Assembly (NCBI GenBank): GCA_964523905.1 | Contig: CAZFYQ010000001.1 | Span: 121,739-185,738 of the forward strand | Length of the DNA: 64,000 nucleotides | Reading direction: 5' to 3' | From: an uncultured Gammaproteobacteria bacterium | Lineage (GTDB): Bacteria; Patescibacteriota; Microgenomatia; Daviesbacterales; UBA10151 | In this document: positions 9,003 through 18,600 of the stretch, in pieces | How the letters are laid out: every line of letters starts with the position of its first letter | How positions within the stretch are numbered: position 1 is the first letter of the stretch | Notes under the pieces: model-generated | What the model was told of the DNA's origin: nothing | Databases searched by the model: none | What the model saw: only the letters and a program-made list of their open reading frames with translations | Program-made: the position numbers and the translations under genes

Positions 9003-9763
9003 CGGATATATCAGTTATCTTCGAAGATAACTCACTTTTAGTTATCAACAAACCTGCCGGACTGGTGGTAGATAAATCCGAGACCCAATCAGAAAACACT
9101 TTAGAAAATTGGCTGGAAGAGCACGGCAATAATCAGCTAGAACGAGCGGGGATAGTACACCGGTTAGATAAAGAAACCTCAGGAGTGATCTTGGTTGCTA
9201 AAACTCAAGCTGCTTTGGAAAATCTACAAGCTCAATTTAAAGAGCGTACTACTAAAAAAGAATACATAACATTAGTCCATGGTGCAGTAGAGGAGTCAGG
9301 AGTGGTGGAGGGAAATATCGGCAGGAATCCTGGTAATCGGGAGAAATTTACGGTACTTAATCAAGGAGATGGGAAGGAAGCTGTAACAGAATACGAGCCA
9401 ATTGAGCGTTTAGCGTTTAGTGAACAGCGTATAGAAGAAATTTTTCCTGATTTTAATAAAATCCAAATGCGCAAACTATACGCTCAACGCTATTTTAACT
9501 ATACGCTTGTGCGGGCTTTGCCCCGCACTGGACGGACTCATCAAATTAGGGTACATTTAAAACATATTGGTCATCCTGTGGTATCTGATGAAAAGTATGT
9601 GGGTAGAAAAATTTATCGCTTGGATAAAAGATGGTGCCCGAGACTTTTTTTGCATGCCCAAAAGCTGGGTTTTAAACACCCAGTAAGCGGGGAGTGGATG
9701 GAGATGGAAGCTAAGTTACCGGAAGACCTAGAAAAAGCATTATCGTCATTGCGAGGAGCGTAG
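8999..9763 (+). CDS. RluA/RluD-family pseudouridine synthase
   Basis: INKPAGLVV, GIVHRLDKETSG (catalytic Asp), TGRTHQIRVHL, LFLHA. Confidence 0.95.
   Translation: MTDISVIFEDNSLLVINKPAGLVVDKSETQSENTLENWLEEHGNNQLERAGIVHRLDKETSGVILVAKTQAALENLQAQFKERTTKKEYITLVHGAVEESGVVEGNIGRNPGNREKFTVLNQGDGKEAVTEYEPIERLAFSEQRIEEIFPDFNKIQMRKLYAQRYFNYTLVRALPRTGRTHQIRVHLKHIGHPVVSDEKYVGRKIYRLDKRWCPRLFLHAQKLGFKHPVSGEWMEMEAKLPEDLEKALSSLRGA
9402..9507. repeat. Inverted heptamer-repeat element inside the pseudouridine synthase gene
   Basis: Left arm of (t/a)nnAGCG units ending AGCGTATAG (9426-9434); right arm CTATACGCT (9476-9484, again 9499-9507) plus CAACGCT. Confidence 0.6.
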
Positions 9764-9777
9764 CGACGAAGCAATCT
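9744..9777 (+). repeat. Short REP-like palindromic element
   Basis: CGTCATTGCGAGGAGCGTAGCGACGAAGCAATCT: GC-rich, ATTGC...GCAAT stem, overlaps the gene stop codon. Confidence 0.55.
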
Positions 9778-9778
9778 T

Positions 9779-11467
9779 ATGAACTCAATCTTTATACAAC
9801 TGGCCGTTATTTTAACCTTGATCTGCGCCCTGGGCTTTATTACCTATCGCTTAAAACTACCACTTTTGATAGCTTATGTCCTGGCCGGACTGTTCCTGGC
9901 AGCCATTGCCACTTTTGATATTAGTAAGTCTTATGTGTTTACTTTTTTGCCGGATATTGGCATTGCCTTTGTGCTTTTTTTAGTGGGAATGGAACTAGAT
10001 CTTCGTGAGCTAAAAAGCCTTGGTAAACAAATTATCACTGCTGGAATTTTACAAGTAATTATTTCAGCCACACTGGGCACTTTTATTGCCCAAAGTTTTG
10101 GTTTCCAAATTCCGGAGGCAATCTATTTAGGACTTGGTTTATCCTTTTCCTCAACTTTGGTAGTGGTTAAATTATTACTAGATCGTAAAGATCTCACTTC
10201 TTTGTATGGCAAGCTCTCAATCGGCGTATTATTACTAGAGGATTTATTGGCAGTACTAGTGCTATTGATTATGACTTCCGCAAATATTGCCAATTTTTCC
10301 ACCACCTCGATCCTACTACTACTGAAAATAATCACTTTATTTGGAGTGGCTGCCATTATCACTAAATATATTTTACCAACTGTTTTCAAAGCAGTGGCAT
10401 CATCTGGAGAATTATTATTACTGACTGCCTTGGCCTGGTGTTTTGGGTTTATTACTTTATCCGGCAGCTTAGGCTTTTCAGTGTTAATCGGCGCTTTTTT
10501 GGCAGGAGTTGCTTTGGCTTCTTCGCCATATCATTATCATATTGAGGGAAAAGTCACGCCAATGAGGGATTTTTTCCTGGCTCTTTTTTTTGTTTACTTA
10601 GGGACTAAGGTTAATTTTAACCAGATTGGAACTCTTTGGCCTTTAATCTTAATTTTTGCCTCATACGCGGTGTTAATTAAACCACTAATATTCCTGCTAT
10701 TGTTTGGCATTTTTGGTTTTAGAAAACATACCATGTTTAAAACAGCCTTAAATTTATCTCAAGTTTCTGAATTTTCTTTGATCATTATGCTAATTGGTTT
10801 TAACCTTAAAATTATCTCAGAAACAGCTTTGACAGTGGTGGCACTGTCATCAGTGATTTCTTTTATTGCTTCATCTTTAATGATTTCTCAGTCTAATAAG
10901 ATTTATAAATCTGTTTCTTCTATGATTACTTTTTTTGAAAGAAAAAAAACCACTGAAAAATCCCTTAATGAGGATTTGGAATTATCAGATCATACTGTGG
11001 TTATTGGGGCGCATCGGGTAGGAGGAGAAATCGTACGATTTCTAAAAAAGGAAAATCAGCCGCTGGTGGTGCTTGATTTTAATCCGGAACAGGTAGAAGC
11101 ATTGCTGGCTCAGGATATCCCAGTAATTTATGGGGACATGGGCGACCCAGAAGTACTTGATATCCTATCACTTGAGAGTGCCAGGTTGATTATTTCTACC
11201 TCACCTGATTTGACTGATAATAAAACCTTGCTGGAGGATTTAAAGCTTCGACATATTGCTGTGCCAACTATTGTCAGAGCAGAAACAGTTAGGGATGCAA
11301 AGTCTTTATATAAACGGGGAGCGGATTTTGTGGTGATTCCGGATATCTTAGCAGGTGAAGTATTATTGAATATTTTAAAAGATCATTTGCATGATAAGAG
11401 CTTTTTTAAGGATCGTCCGCGAATTGAGCTGGATAAATTATCGCATAAAATACTCGCTTGGAAGTAG
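9779..11467 (+). CDS. Cation:proton antiporter, CPA2/Kef type with C-terminal RCK (TrkA-N) domain
   Basis: LFLVGMELD, SSTLVVVKLL, LLLEDL, GAFLAG, SQVSEF; VVIGAHRVG and VIYGD. Confidence 0.93.
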   Translation: MNSIFIQLAVILTLICALGFITYRLKLPLLIAYVLAGLFLAAIATFDISKSYVFTFLPDIGIAFVLFLVGMELDLRELKSLGKQIITAGILQVIISATLGTFIAQSFGFQIPEAIYLGLGLSFSSTLVVVKLLLDRKDLTSLYGKLSIGVLLLEDLLAVLVLLIMTSANIANFSTTSILLLLKIITLFGVAAIITKYILPTVFKAVASSGELLLLTALAWCFGFITLSGSLGFSVLIGAFLAGVALASSPYHYHIEGKVTPMRDFFLALFFVYLGTKVNFNQIGTLWPLILIFASYAVLIKPLIFLLLFGIFGFRKHTMFKTALNLSQVSEFSLIIMLIGFNLKIISETALTVVALSSVISFIASSLMISQSNKIYKSVSSMITFFERKKTTEKSLNEDLELSDHTVVIGAHRVGGEIVRFLKKENQPLVVLDFNPEQVEALLAQDIPVIYGDMGDPEVLDILSLESARLIISTSPDLTDNKTLLEDLKLRHIAVPTIVRAETVRDAKSLYKRGADFVVIPDILAGEVLLNILKDHLHDKSFFKDRPRIELDKLSHKILAWK

Positions 11468-11482
11468 AATTTTCCCTTGAAA

Positions 11483-11523
11483 AAAGGGTTATGGCGAGTT
11501 AACTCTAATTTCCATAACCCTTT
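11483..11523. terminator. Intrinsic terminator between convergent genes
   Basis: 12-bp stem AAAGGGTTATGG / CCATAACCCTTT with T-runs on both strands. Confidence 0.75.
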
Positions 11524-11530
11524 AATCTAA

Positions 11531-11746
11531 TTAAACAGTTCCACCATTACCACCCATTTCCGGAGCAGGAGTAGTTGGTTGTTCAGCTGGTTGTTCTGTA
11601 GCTGGTTCTCCACCCATTTCTGGGGCTGGAGCACTTGGTTCAGCAGTAGGTTGTTCCCAACCACCGGCAGCTGGTGCTGGAGGAGTTTGAGCGTTAGGAT
11701 CAGCTACTGGTGCTTGTGCACCTGGATCATTTTGTTGATTGTCCAT
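11531..11746 (-). CDS. Small acidic Pro/Ala/Gln-rich disordered protein (71 aa)
   Basis: Strong SD AGAAAGGGGGTGA, upstream TTGACC/TACACT promoter, downstream terminator; internal PAPEMGG repeat. Confidence 0.75.
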   Translation of the reverse strand: MDNQQNDPGAQAPVADPNAQTPPAPAAGGWEQPTAEPSAPAPEMGGEPATEQPAEQPTTPAPEMGGNGGTV

Positions 11747-11838
11747 AATTGTTAAATTCACCCCCTTTCTTAATATTTTTTTAGTGTAGCCTTAAAGCAC
11801 TTGCGCGGTCAAGGGGGAATTGTCTAAACTAATACTAT

Positions 11839-12849
11839 ATGCCCAAAAAAACTGGATGGAAAGCTCAACAGTCTCGTCAGCAAGTGGCCAGAAAAACAAA
11901 ACTTGCTTTAATTGCTTTGGCAGTTATTCTAGGTGTTATACTTTTAGCTCAGGCAGTTAGATTTACCCACAGTCTGTTTAGTCCTTGGAAACTGTCCAGC
12001 AGTAAGCAATTTCTATGGAATGATCAATATAATTTAAACTTTATAGTAAAGACTAAAGGTATTGCTTTGGTGTCATTTGATCCCTCACAAGACAAAATCA
12101 CCATTATTGATTTACCCGCCTCAACTTTTATCGATACAGCGCACGGGTTTGGTCAGTGGCAGTTAGGCTCGGTTTATGATTTAGGTCAAAGTAGCGCATT
12201 GTCCGGCAGTCGATTACTGGAACTTAGTTTAACCAATTTTTTTGGCTTACCAATTGAAGGAATGATGGATTTTTCCGGAAAACCAGCAGAACTTACCTCC
12301 CAAGGTATAGTTGATATGCTTAGAAAAAATCCCTTATCAGTTCTAGATTTACTGCCCAATGTTAAATCAGATTTTACACCGTTTGAATTACTACGCATTA
12401 AAATGGCCTTAGCCGGGGTCAGATACGACGGCATTAGTGAAATTGATCTCAGTCAAACCGGCGCGCTAGACATGTCAAAATTAGCAGATGGCACTACGGT
12501 ATATGTTGCTGATCCCCAAAAAATGGATTCTTTGCTAAGTGTATTAGCAGATCCTAAAATTAAAAATGAACATCAAACCATTGCAGTGTTTAATGCGACA
12601 GACCATTCGCAGCTGGGTAGTAAAGTCGCCCGTTTGATTAATAATTTAGGGGGTAATGTGATTATTGTGGCCAATTTTGATAGTAAAATCAAACAGACCA
12701 TCGTAACCGGCAATAAGTCACAAACCTTGGATCGATTGAAGCAAATCTTTGGCAAAAATGATAATATAGCTTTAACTTTGAATGATCAAATCCTAGCGCG
12801 GGCTCAAATCAATGTGTTTTTAGGGGAAGATTATTTTCAAAATCAATAA
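11839..12849 (+). CDS. LytR-CpsA-Psr (LCP)-like protein with LytR C-terminal domain
   Basis: Basic N-terminus plus TM, LVSFDP..ITIIDLP, C-terminal IAVFNAT...QINVFLGEDY. Confidence 0.7.
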   Translation: MPKKTGWKAQQSRQQVARKTKLALIALAVILGVILLAQAVRFTHSLFSPWKLSSSKQFLWNDQYNLNFIVKTKGIALVSFDPSQDKITIIDLPASTFIDTAHGFGQWQLGSVYDLGQSSALSGSRLLELSLTNFFGLPIEGMMDFSGKPAELTSQGIVDMLRKNPLSVLDLLPNVKSDFTPFELLRIKMALAGVRYDGISEIDLSQTGALDMSKLADGTTVYVADPQKMDSLLSVLADPKIKNEHQTIAVFNATDHSQLGSKVARLINNLGGNVIIVANFDSKIKQTIVTGNKSQTLDRLKQIFGKNDNIALTLNDQILARAQINVFLGEDYFQNQ

Positions 12850-13515
12850 ATGATTGTTTGGCTGTTTATTTTTCTGGTGCTGGTAGCCATTTCCTATTTG
12901 TTGGCGCTTCGCTCAATGCGGGATTTTCAGGAGGTGCCGGGTGAAGACGAAAATTACAGTCTTTATTTAATCCGTCAACCGCAGGCCCTTACAGCAGACA
13001 CTTTAAACTTACTGTCTGATCATTTTTTAAAATCCAATCAGGTGATCAGTTTTGAAAGACTGTTTAAAGGTCATCAATCAGCTTTAGCTGTATTTGCCCC
13101 AACTAGAATCACTCAGGTATTAAAAAATCTGGATTTACTAGAACTGGAAGATTACAGTTTAACTTCGCATTTACACTTTTCTGCTTGGGAAATGGAATTA
13201 AAGCATAAAGGTCCGCCAAGTAAGATATTTGCCAATTTTCCGATCTTGTCTCCTACTGAGCAGTTATGGTGGCAAGTGGTGCTTTCTACTAGCTTTAAAC
13301 CCCAAATTCGGGCTGTTTTAGTGTCTTCCGATCATCATAAAAAAGAATCCATCAGTAAACTAATTGAAAAATCATCGGAGCATCATTTAACTCGGGTGCC
13401 CAAAGGATTTTCAAATCACCAGTTATTAAAATTTTACCAGCAACGCTCTTATCAAAACAGAAAAGGAAATTTAAGCTTAAGCATGGATGAAGCTTTGCAC
13501 TTGGTTAAACTCTAA
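12850..13515 (+). CDS. Membrane-anchored hypothetical protein
   Basis: 221-aa ORF abutting the LCP gene; single N-terminal TM helix. Confidence 0.65.
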   Translation: MIVWLFIFLVLVAISYLLALRSMRDFQEVPGEDENYSLYLIRQPQALTADTLNLLSDHFLKSNQVISFERLFKGHQSALAVFAPTRITQVLKNLDLLELEDYSLTSHLHFSAWEMELKHKGPPSKIFANFPILSPTEQLWWQVVLSTSFKPQIRAVLVSSDHHKKESISKLIEKSSEHHLTRVPKGFSNHQLLKFYQQRSYQNRKGNLSLSMDEALHLVKL

Positions 13516-14240
13516 ACCACGGTTTCTTCTTCAGATTCATCCTGGTCATCAACCGCATCTTCACCAAGCGATGTAAAAATTTCGGTCGTTACAGAAACTT
13601 CGGAATTTTCCAGGAAAGAAGGTTGGTTTTTAAAGCGCTTACTGCGATAAACCTCTTTTATCAGTACTGCCAAGCCATTAACCTTAATGGATTTAATGTA
13701 AATTTCATATTTGTTACCGCCCTTAATTAGTTTTAATAAATGAAAGCTAATATCATCAGGAAGTACCCCCAAATAGTTTAAGTGCCCGTCAATAATGGTA
13801 ATTTTGTGATTTTTTACCACCATGCTAACTGGCATACCACAATAAGCTTGGGATAATTTCTGAGGTTCAGCCACTTTCAAAAGTGATACCACCTTAGTTT
13901 TGCCCGGTTCTTGTAAGAATAAAGAAGGGGACAAACGAATATGGTTGGTTAAAGGCACATGGTTTTCCCCGTTAGTAAATTTAAAAGCCTTAATAATCTT
14001 TAAGTTTTTAATGGCAATTGGATTATAAGGGTCCAGTTTTACCACTTGGCCATAATATTTCTTGGCTAGGTTACCTTTACCCATTTCCATATATACCCGG
14101 GCTTGTCTGTTTAAGGCATCAATATTAGCCGGGTCATCTTTGATAATTCTTTTATTGAGTTTTAATGCCTCTGGCCATTTGGCGTCTAGTGCTGCATCAA
14201 TTGCCTGTTGGGCTAAGTTAAAGGAAGGGGAGATATCCAT
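13512..14240 (-). CDS. Tetratricopeptide-repeat protein
   Basis: TPR pattern DPANIDALNRQARVY...AKKYYGQVVKLDPYNPIA; acidic tail; TTGACA/TATACT promoter upstream. Confidence 0.8.
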   Translation of the reverse strand: MDISPSFNLAQQAIDAALDAKWPEALKLNKRIIKDDPANIDALNRQARVYMEMGKGNLAKKYYGQVVKLDPYNPIAIKNLKIIKAFKFTNGENHVPLTNHIRLSPSLFLQEPGKTKVVSLLKVAEPQKLSQAYCGMPVSMVVKNHKITIIDGHLNYLGVLPDDISFHLLKLIKGGNKYEIYIKSIKVNGLAVLIKEVYRSKRFKNQPSFLENSEVSVTTEIFTSLGEDAVDDQDESEEETVV

Positions 14241-14353
14241 CTAAGAAAGAGAGTATAGAGGTATGCCCAAGTACTTGTCAACCCGAATGAATATCGAAGT
14301 AGGCGACTTCCTCATATTGAAAATCTGATGTTTTTAAGTTACCATCTAACATC

Positions 14354-15115
14354 ATGTCAGGACATTCCAAGTGGTCAACTATTAAACGCGCCAAAGGGGC
14401 CAATGATGTTAAAAGGGGTTTAACTTTTACTAAGCTTGCTAACGCTATCACTATTGCTGCAAAAGTTGGTGGCTCAGGGGATCCTGATGCAAATCCTCGT
14501 CTTCGTATGGTAATGGAAGAGGCAAGATCTGTTAATATGCCCAAGGAAAATATGCAGCGGGCCATTGATCGGGGTCTGGGAAAATTACCGGGACAGATTT
14601 TGGAAGAAGTGGTTTACGAAGGGTTTGGTCCTGGTAAAGCCGCTTTTTATTTGGAAGGAGTTACGGACAATAAGTTAAGAACTCTGCAGGTTATAAAAAA
14701 TTTGTTTGATCGAGCAGGGGGTAACTTAGGTGGATCTGGTAGTACGGCCTATATGTTTTTACCAAAAGGAGAAATTAAGGTGGTGTCAAAAGGTGGCAAT
14801 AGTGAAGATGAGCAGCTGGAGTTAATTGATTTGGGGGCAGAGGATGTTGAGGAATATTTAGATGAAAACAAACGAATGTACTTAGTATATACACAAGGCT
14901 CAGAACTAAATACTATGGGTACAAAAATTACTCAGGCAGGATTTGTGGTGCAAGCGCAAAATTTCGTTATGAAACCAACTGTTTTACAGCAAATTACGGA
15001 TGGGGAAATAGCCAAAAAGGTGATTGAATTTACTGAAAAACTAGAGGAGATTGATGACATCCAAAAGATCTATAGTAACTTTGATATTAATGAGAGTTTG
15101 CTGGAAAATCTATGA
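14354..15115 (+). CDS. yebC: YebC/PmpR-family protein
   Basis: MSGHSKWSTIKR, DPDANPRLR, YEGFGPG, TDNKLRT. Confidence 0.97.
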   Translation: MSGHSKWSTIKRAKGANDVKRGLTFTKLANAITIAAKVGGSGDPDANPRLRMVMEEARSVNMPKENMQRAIDRGLGKLPGQILEEVVYEGFGPGKAAFYLEGVTDNKLRTLQVIKNLFDRAGGNLGGSGSTAYMFLPKGEIKVVSKGGNSEDEQLELIDLGAEDVEEYLDENKRMYLVYTQGSELNTMGTKITQAGFVVQAQNFVMKPTVLQQITDGEIAKKVIEFTEKLEEIDDIQKIYSNFDINESLLENL

Positions 15116-15645
15116 TAATACTTGGAATTGACCCGGGAACCGCTACCACCGGATATGGAATAATTAAAGTGCCGGATGATATTTTAGGCCGGGAATTCAA
15201 TTATGATATTGAACTAATTACCTATGGCAATATCAGTACTCCTAAAGATCGTTTAATGGAGGATCGGCTAGTGATGATTCACAGCGAGTTGACTTCAGTG
15301 ATAGAAAAGTACAAGCCAGAACAAATGGCCTGTGAGATGTTATTTTTTGGCGCCAATACCAGAACCGCAATTATGGTTGGTCAGGCCAGGGGAGTGATCA
15401 TGCTAACAGCCGCCCAGCATCATTTACCATTTACTGATTACTCAGGTTTATCTGTCAAATTAATGGTGGCAGGATCTGGTAGGGCAGATAAAAATCAAGT
15501 GCATGAAGGAGTTAGAAAATTTTTGGGAACACCTGGCAAAAGAAGAAATAAACTGAAAGTAACATGGAAAGGTGGCCACTTAGATGATGCCACTGATGCT
15601 CTGGCCATTGCCATTTGTCATGTCTTAAAACTGGCTGCCAAATAA
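15112..15645 (+). CDS. ruvC: Holliday junction resolvase RuvC
   Basis: ILGIDPG...TGYG, E.LFF..N, GQARGV, G.GRADK, DDATDALAIAICH; follows yebC. Confidence 0.96.
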   Translation: MIILGIDPGTATTGYGIIKVPDDILGREFNYDIELITYGNISTPKDRLMEDRLVMIHSELTSVIEKYKPEQMACEMLFFGANTRTAIMVGQARGVIMLTAAQHHLPFTDYSGLSVKLMVAGSGRADKNQVHEGVRKFLGTPGKRRNKLKVTWKGGHLDDATDALAIAICHVLKLAAK

Positions 15646-15646
15646 A

Positions 15647-16432
15647 ATGAATTTATTATTTCTCAATAAACGGCAAAAGATTATTATTACAGCAGCCATC
15701 TTGACCTTAGGTTTATTGTCTACACAACTTGTTGATTTTACCCTGCGCTTTAAGTTTATTGCTGGTTTATCAGTTCTGGCATATTTTTTGTCTTTGTGGG
15801 CTTTATGGGAAGGCATTAACTTTACCAAAGCCATTGTCTTATTAATTTTGCCAGTGTTTTTTACCGCCACAGTGGCCAGTTTCTATTTCTTATTGCCGGT
15901 GAGATGGCTAACTCGTTTGCCTGTAGCTTTGGCATTTGGTTTGATGTTTTATTTGTTGTTACTGGCGCAAAATGTTTTCAATGTAGCAGCCATGAGAACT
16001 ATTCCTTTGTTTAGAGCAGCCTCCACCGCTGCTTTTCTATTTACGCTTTTATCAGCCTTCTTTATTTATAATGTTATCTTTGCTTTTAACTTATTATTTA
16101 TCTGGAATGGGGTAGTGGTGTTTTTAATATCTTTTCCTTTAATCCTGCAAGTGCTTTGGTCAATTACCATGGAAGATCGAATTAGTGCGGAAGTTTTAAT
16201 CCAAAGTCTGGTATTAAGTTTTATGTTAGGGGAGTTGGCCATTGGTTTCTCCTTTTGGCCGATGAGAACTACTATTTGGTCCTTAGCACTGTCTTCTTCA
16301 ATGTATGTATCCTTGGGACTAGCTACCAATTTCCTGCGGGGTAAAGGCAATAGGAGAGTAGTGTGGGAATATCTGGGGATCGGGTTAGTGGTGCTGGTAG
16401 TTAGCTTTCTTACAACTTCCTGGGGCGGGTAG
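15647..16432 (+). CDS. Multi-pass membrane protein of unknown function
   Basis: About 8-9 hydrophobic segments; QNVFNVAAMRTIPLFRAA loop. Confidence 0.75.
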   Translation: MNLLFLNKRQKIIITAAILTLGLLSTQLVDFTLRFKFIAGLSVLAYFLSLWALWEGINFTKAIVLLILPVFFTATVASFYFLLPVRWLTRLPVALAFGLMFYLLLLAQNVFNVAAMRTIPLFRAASTAAFLFTLLSAFFIYNVIFAFNLLFIWNGVVVFLISFPLILQVLWSITMEDRISAEVLIQSLVLSFMLGELAIGFSFWPMRTTIWSLALSSSMYVSLGLATNFLRGKGNRRVVWEYLGIGLVVLVVSFLTTSWGG

Positions 16433-17103
16433 CGTGAAAAAAACTACAGGATATCGTGAAAAGAAACTGTGATGTAGTATGATATATTTGCTAGGCACGG
16501 ATGTGGAAAACTATAGGGCTTATTGTGCCTGCTTATAGCGCCCCTTGCATACTATTGCTAACTCGTTCGTGCGTAATGAGTAAATAATACCCGAAGGCCT
16601 CTTAGAGAAGAGAGGTGCCTATATCTATATTTTAGTGCGGACGAACTTTGAAGAATGAACCTAATTGCCGCATTATCAGGTACAAATCTATAGTAGCTCT
16701 CTATTCGTTAGTAGCTTCAAATTCCCTGTTATATTTCGATGTCGCACAATATAGATATTAAGATTTGCCGGAGAAGTGGTCTGGGGTCTATAAAACAGGA
16801 TAGGTAAAAATATGTAAAGAAAATAGATAGATTTTTAAGTGCCAAATTTAGCCTTAAAACTTGTTGTCGCCGACTAACATTAATAACCATAATTTTGTAG
16901 ATTTATTAAAATACCCATTGATAGGATTAGTTTGCCACAAAGCCCTAAACTACGGATGACTAACTAGTGCTCCTATCCCCTTAGCAGCCGTTTTTGAGGC
17001 ATTGTAGGGCCTCGTGCCTAAATAGGCTCAGAGTACCTAATAAGAGTATTTATATCAAAGAATCCTTTTAAAGTGGCGTAGTTACAAAGTATAAAAGCAT
17101 ATA

Positions 17104-17140
17104 GAAGATTTTATGTGCAACTCTACTTCATAAAATCTTC
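17104..17140. repeat. Perfect 12-bp inverted repeat upstream of recombinase gene
   Basis: GAAGATTTTATG-13 nt-CATAAAATCTTC. Confidence 0.7.
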
Positions 17141-17219
17141 CCTAAGTAAGACTAGATCTAGTATTTAATGTCCGGGATTATTCTAGTCGAACGATGCTTT
17201 TTACTGTAACAAGCCACAC

Positions 17220-17248
17220 TTGACAGATCCTTTTAGCCTTGGTATTAT
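17220..17248 (+). promoter_or_regulatory. sigma70-type promoter of the recombinase gene
   Basis: TTGACA-17 bp-TATTAT with TG extension. Confidence 0.7.
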
Positions 17249-17280
17249 TCTTGTAATCAGCATTACACGAAGTAACCTTT

Positions 17281-18294
17281 ATGCTCAACCCTGACCCGGA
17301 AAAATTAAAAAGTTCTACTACTCCTGTTAAGACTGCAGTGTTATTTTCTAACATGGATATGATTGATGACTTCTTTCTATTCCTTCAAACCAATAACTAT
17401 TCCCCCCAAACCCTTTATCATTATAAAAATGATTTAGCGATATTCGATAACTTTTTAAAATCCCGCAATTTAAAAATTAAAGACTTAGACAAACGCGCCA
17501 TCTTTGAATTTAAAGCCTACCTAACATCTGACAGCAGAGAAACTGCCACCACTCACCAAGAAGACGCCTTAAAATTGTCATCTGCCAGCATTAATCGTTG
17601 CCTTTCTGCAATCAGAGCTTATATCAGGTTTTTAATTGACCAAGACTATGCCACCCCAGTAACACCGGATCATTTTAAGATGGTTAAAAGGGAACATCCA
17701 CATCCCAATGTGGCCGAGCTAAATGAATTGATCTCTTTGATAGAATCTCCTAGCAAGTTGGAAGAAGAGCCTATAATTGCTGCACGCAATCGGGCGATTC
17801 TGGAACTGCTTTTTGCTACTGGAATGCGTATTAGTGAGTTGACCTCTATTAATAGAAGAGACTTAAATGAAGAGGGTAAGATCTTTATTACTGGAAAAGG
17901 CAGAAAACAAAGATTTGTTTATCTAACAGAGCGGGCTAAACAATATGTTGACCAATATCTAGAACTGAGAGACGATAATCAGCAAGCCTTATTTATTCCC
18001 ACTAAAACCAGAAGTAAAGATAAACTAAATTCGCGGCTCACTCCTCGCTATGTCCAAGAAAGATTAAAAACGTACCGTGAAAAATTAAGAATTAATTTAC
18101 CAACTACTCCCCATTCATTCCGCCATGGTTTTGCCACTTACCTTGCAGAAGAGGGTGCCTCCCCTGCTGCCATACAAATATTATTAGGTCACGAATCCTT
18201 AAATACCACTACTCGTTATGTTAACGCTAGTGATAGGTTTGCTCAGGAATCACACCGTAAATTTCATCCGCTATCCGGGGTTGACAAAGGATGA
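17281..18294 (+). CDS. Tyrosine recombinase, XerC/XerD/XerA family
   Basis: All catalytic residues present: TGMRISEL, GKGRKQR, PHSFRHGFAT, LLGH, TTRY; N-terminal SAM-like domain. Confidence 0.95.
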   Translation: MLNPDPEKLKSSTTPVKTAVLFSNMDMIDDFFLFLQTNNYSPQTLYHYKNDLAIFDNFLKSRNLKIKDLDKRAIFEFKAYLTSDSRETATTHQEDALKLSSASINRCLSAIRAYIRFLIDQDYATPVTPDHFKMVKREHPHPNVAELNELISLIESPSKLEEEPIIAARNRAILELLFATGMRISELTSINRRDLNEEGKIFITGKGRKQRFVYLTERAKQYVDQYLELRDDNQQALFIPTKTRSKDKLNSRLTPRYVQERLKTYREKLRINLPTTPHSFRHGFATYLAEEGASPAAIQILLGHESLNTTTRYVNASDRFAQESHRKFHPLSGVDKG

Positions 18295-18327
18295 ATTTAT
18301 GGTGCATTATGAAATAAATACTCATCA

Positions 18328-18597
18328 ATGAACGAGATCCTAAAGGATAAGAAAAACCTGATTAATATTTTAGTGCTGGCAGTCCTCATATTGGCTGTGC
18401 CAATTGGAATTGCGCTAATACAAAGACAGCAGACTTTAAGATCTCAAGCTGTGCAGGCAACGACCGTGACCTTTTCCGGCCCCAATGTTTCTGTAAATAA
18501 CGGCACCACTATTTTGAAATTACAGGATAATGGAAATGGTGGCTTGCAAGGCAAAGCTAACCTGGTAATTACAGCACCTAATCCCCCTGCACAATAA
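18328..18597 (+). CDS. Small membrane-anchored/exported protein
   Basis: TM helix followed by QRQQTLRSQA; TTGACA promoter at end of recombinase gene. Confidence 0.7.
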   Translation: MNEILKDKKNLINILVLAVLILAVPIGIALIQRQQTLRSQAVQATTVTFSGPNVSVNNGTTILKLQDNGNGGLQGKANLVITAPNPPAQ

Positions 18598-18600
18598 TCT

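Noticed and set aside
16433-16470. Short tandem CGTGAAAA(G)AAACT duplication
   Set aside because: Only two imperfect copies; cannot be distinguished from chance without comparative data
17281-18294. Integron integrase with cassette array
   Set aside because: No IntI-specific insertion evident and downstream genes are tightly packed without attC-like spacers
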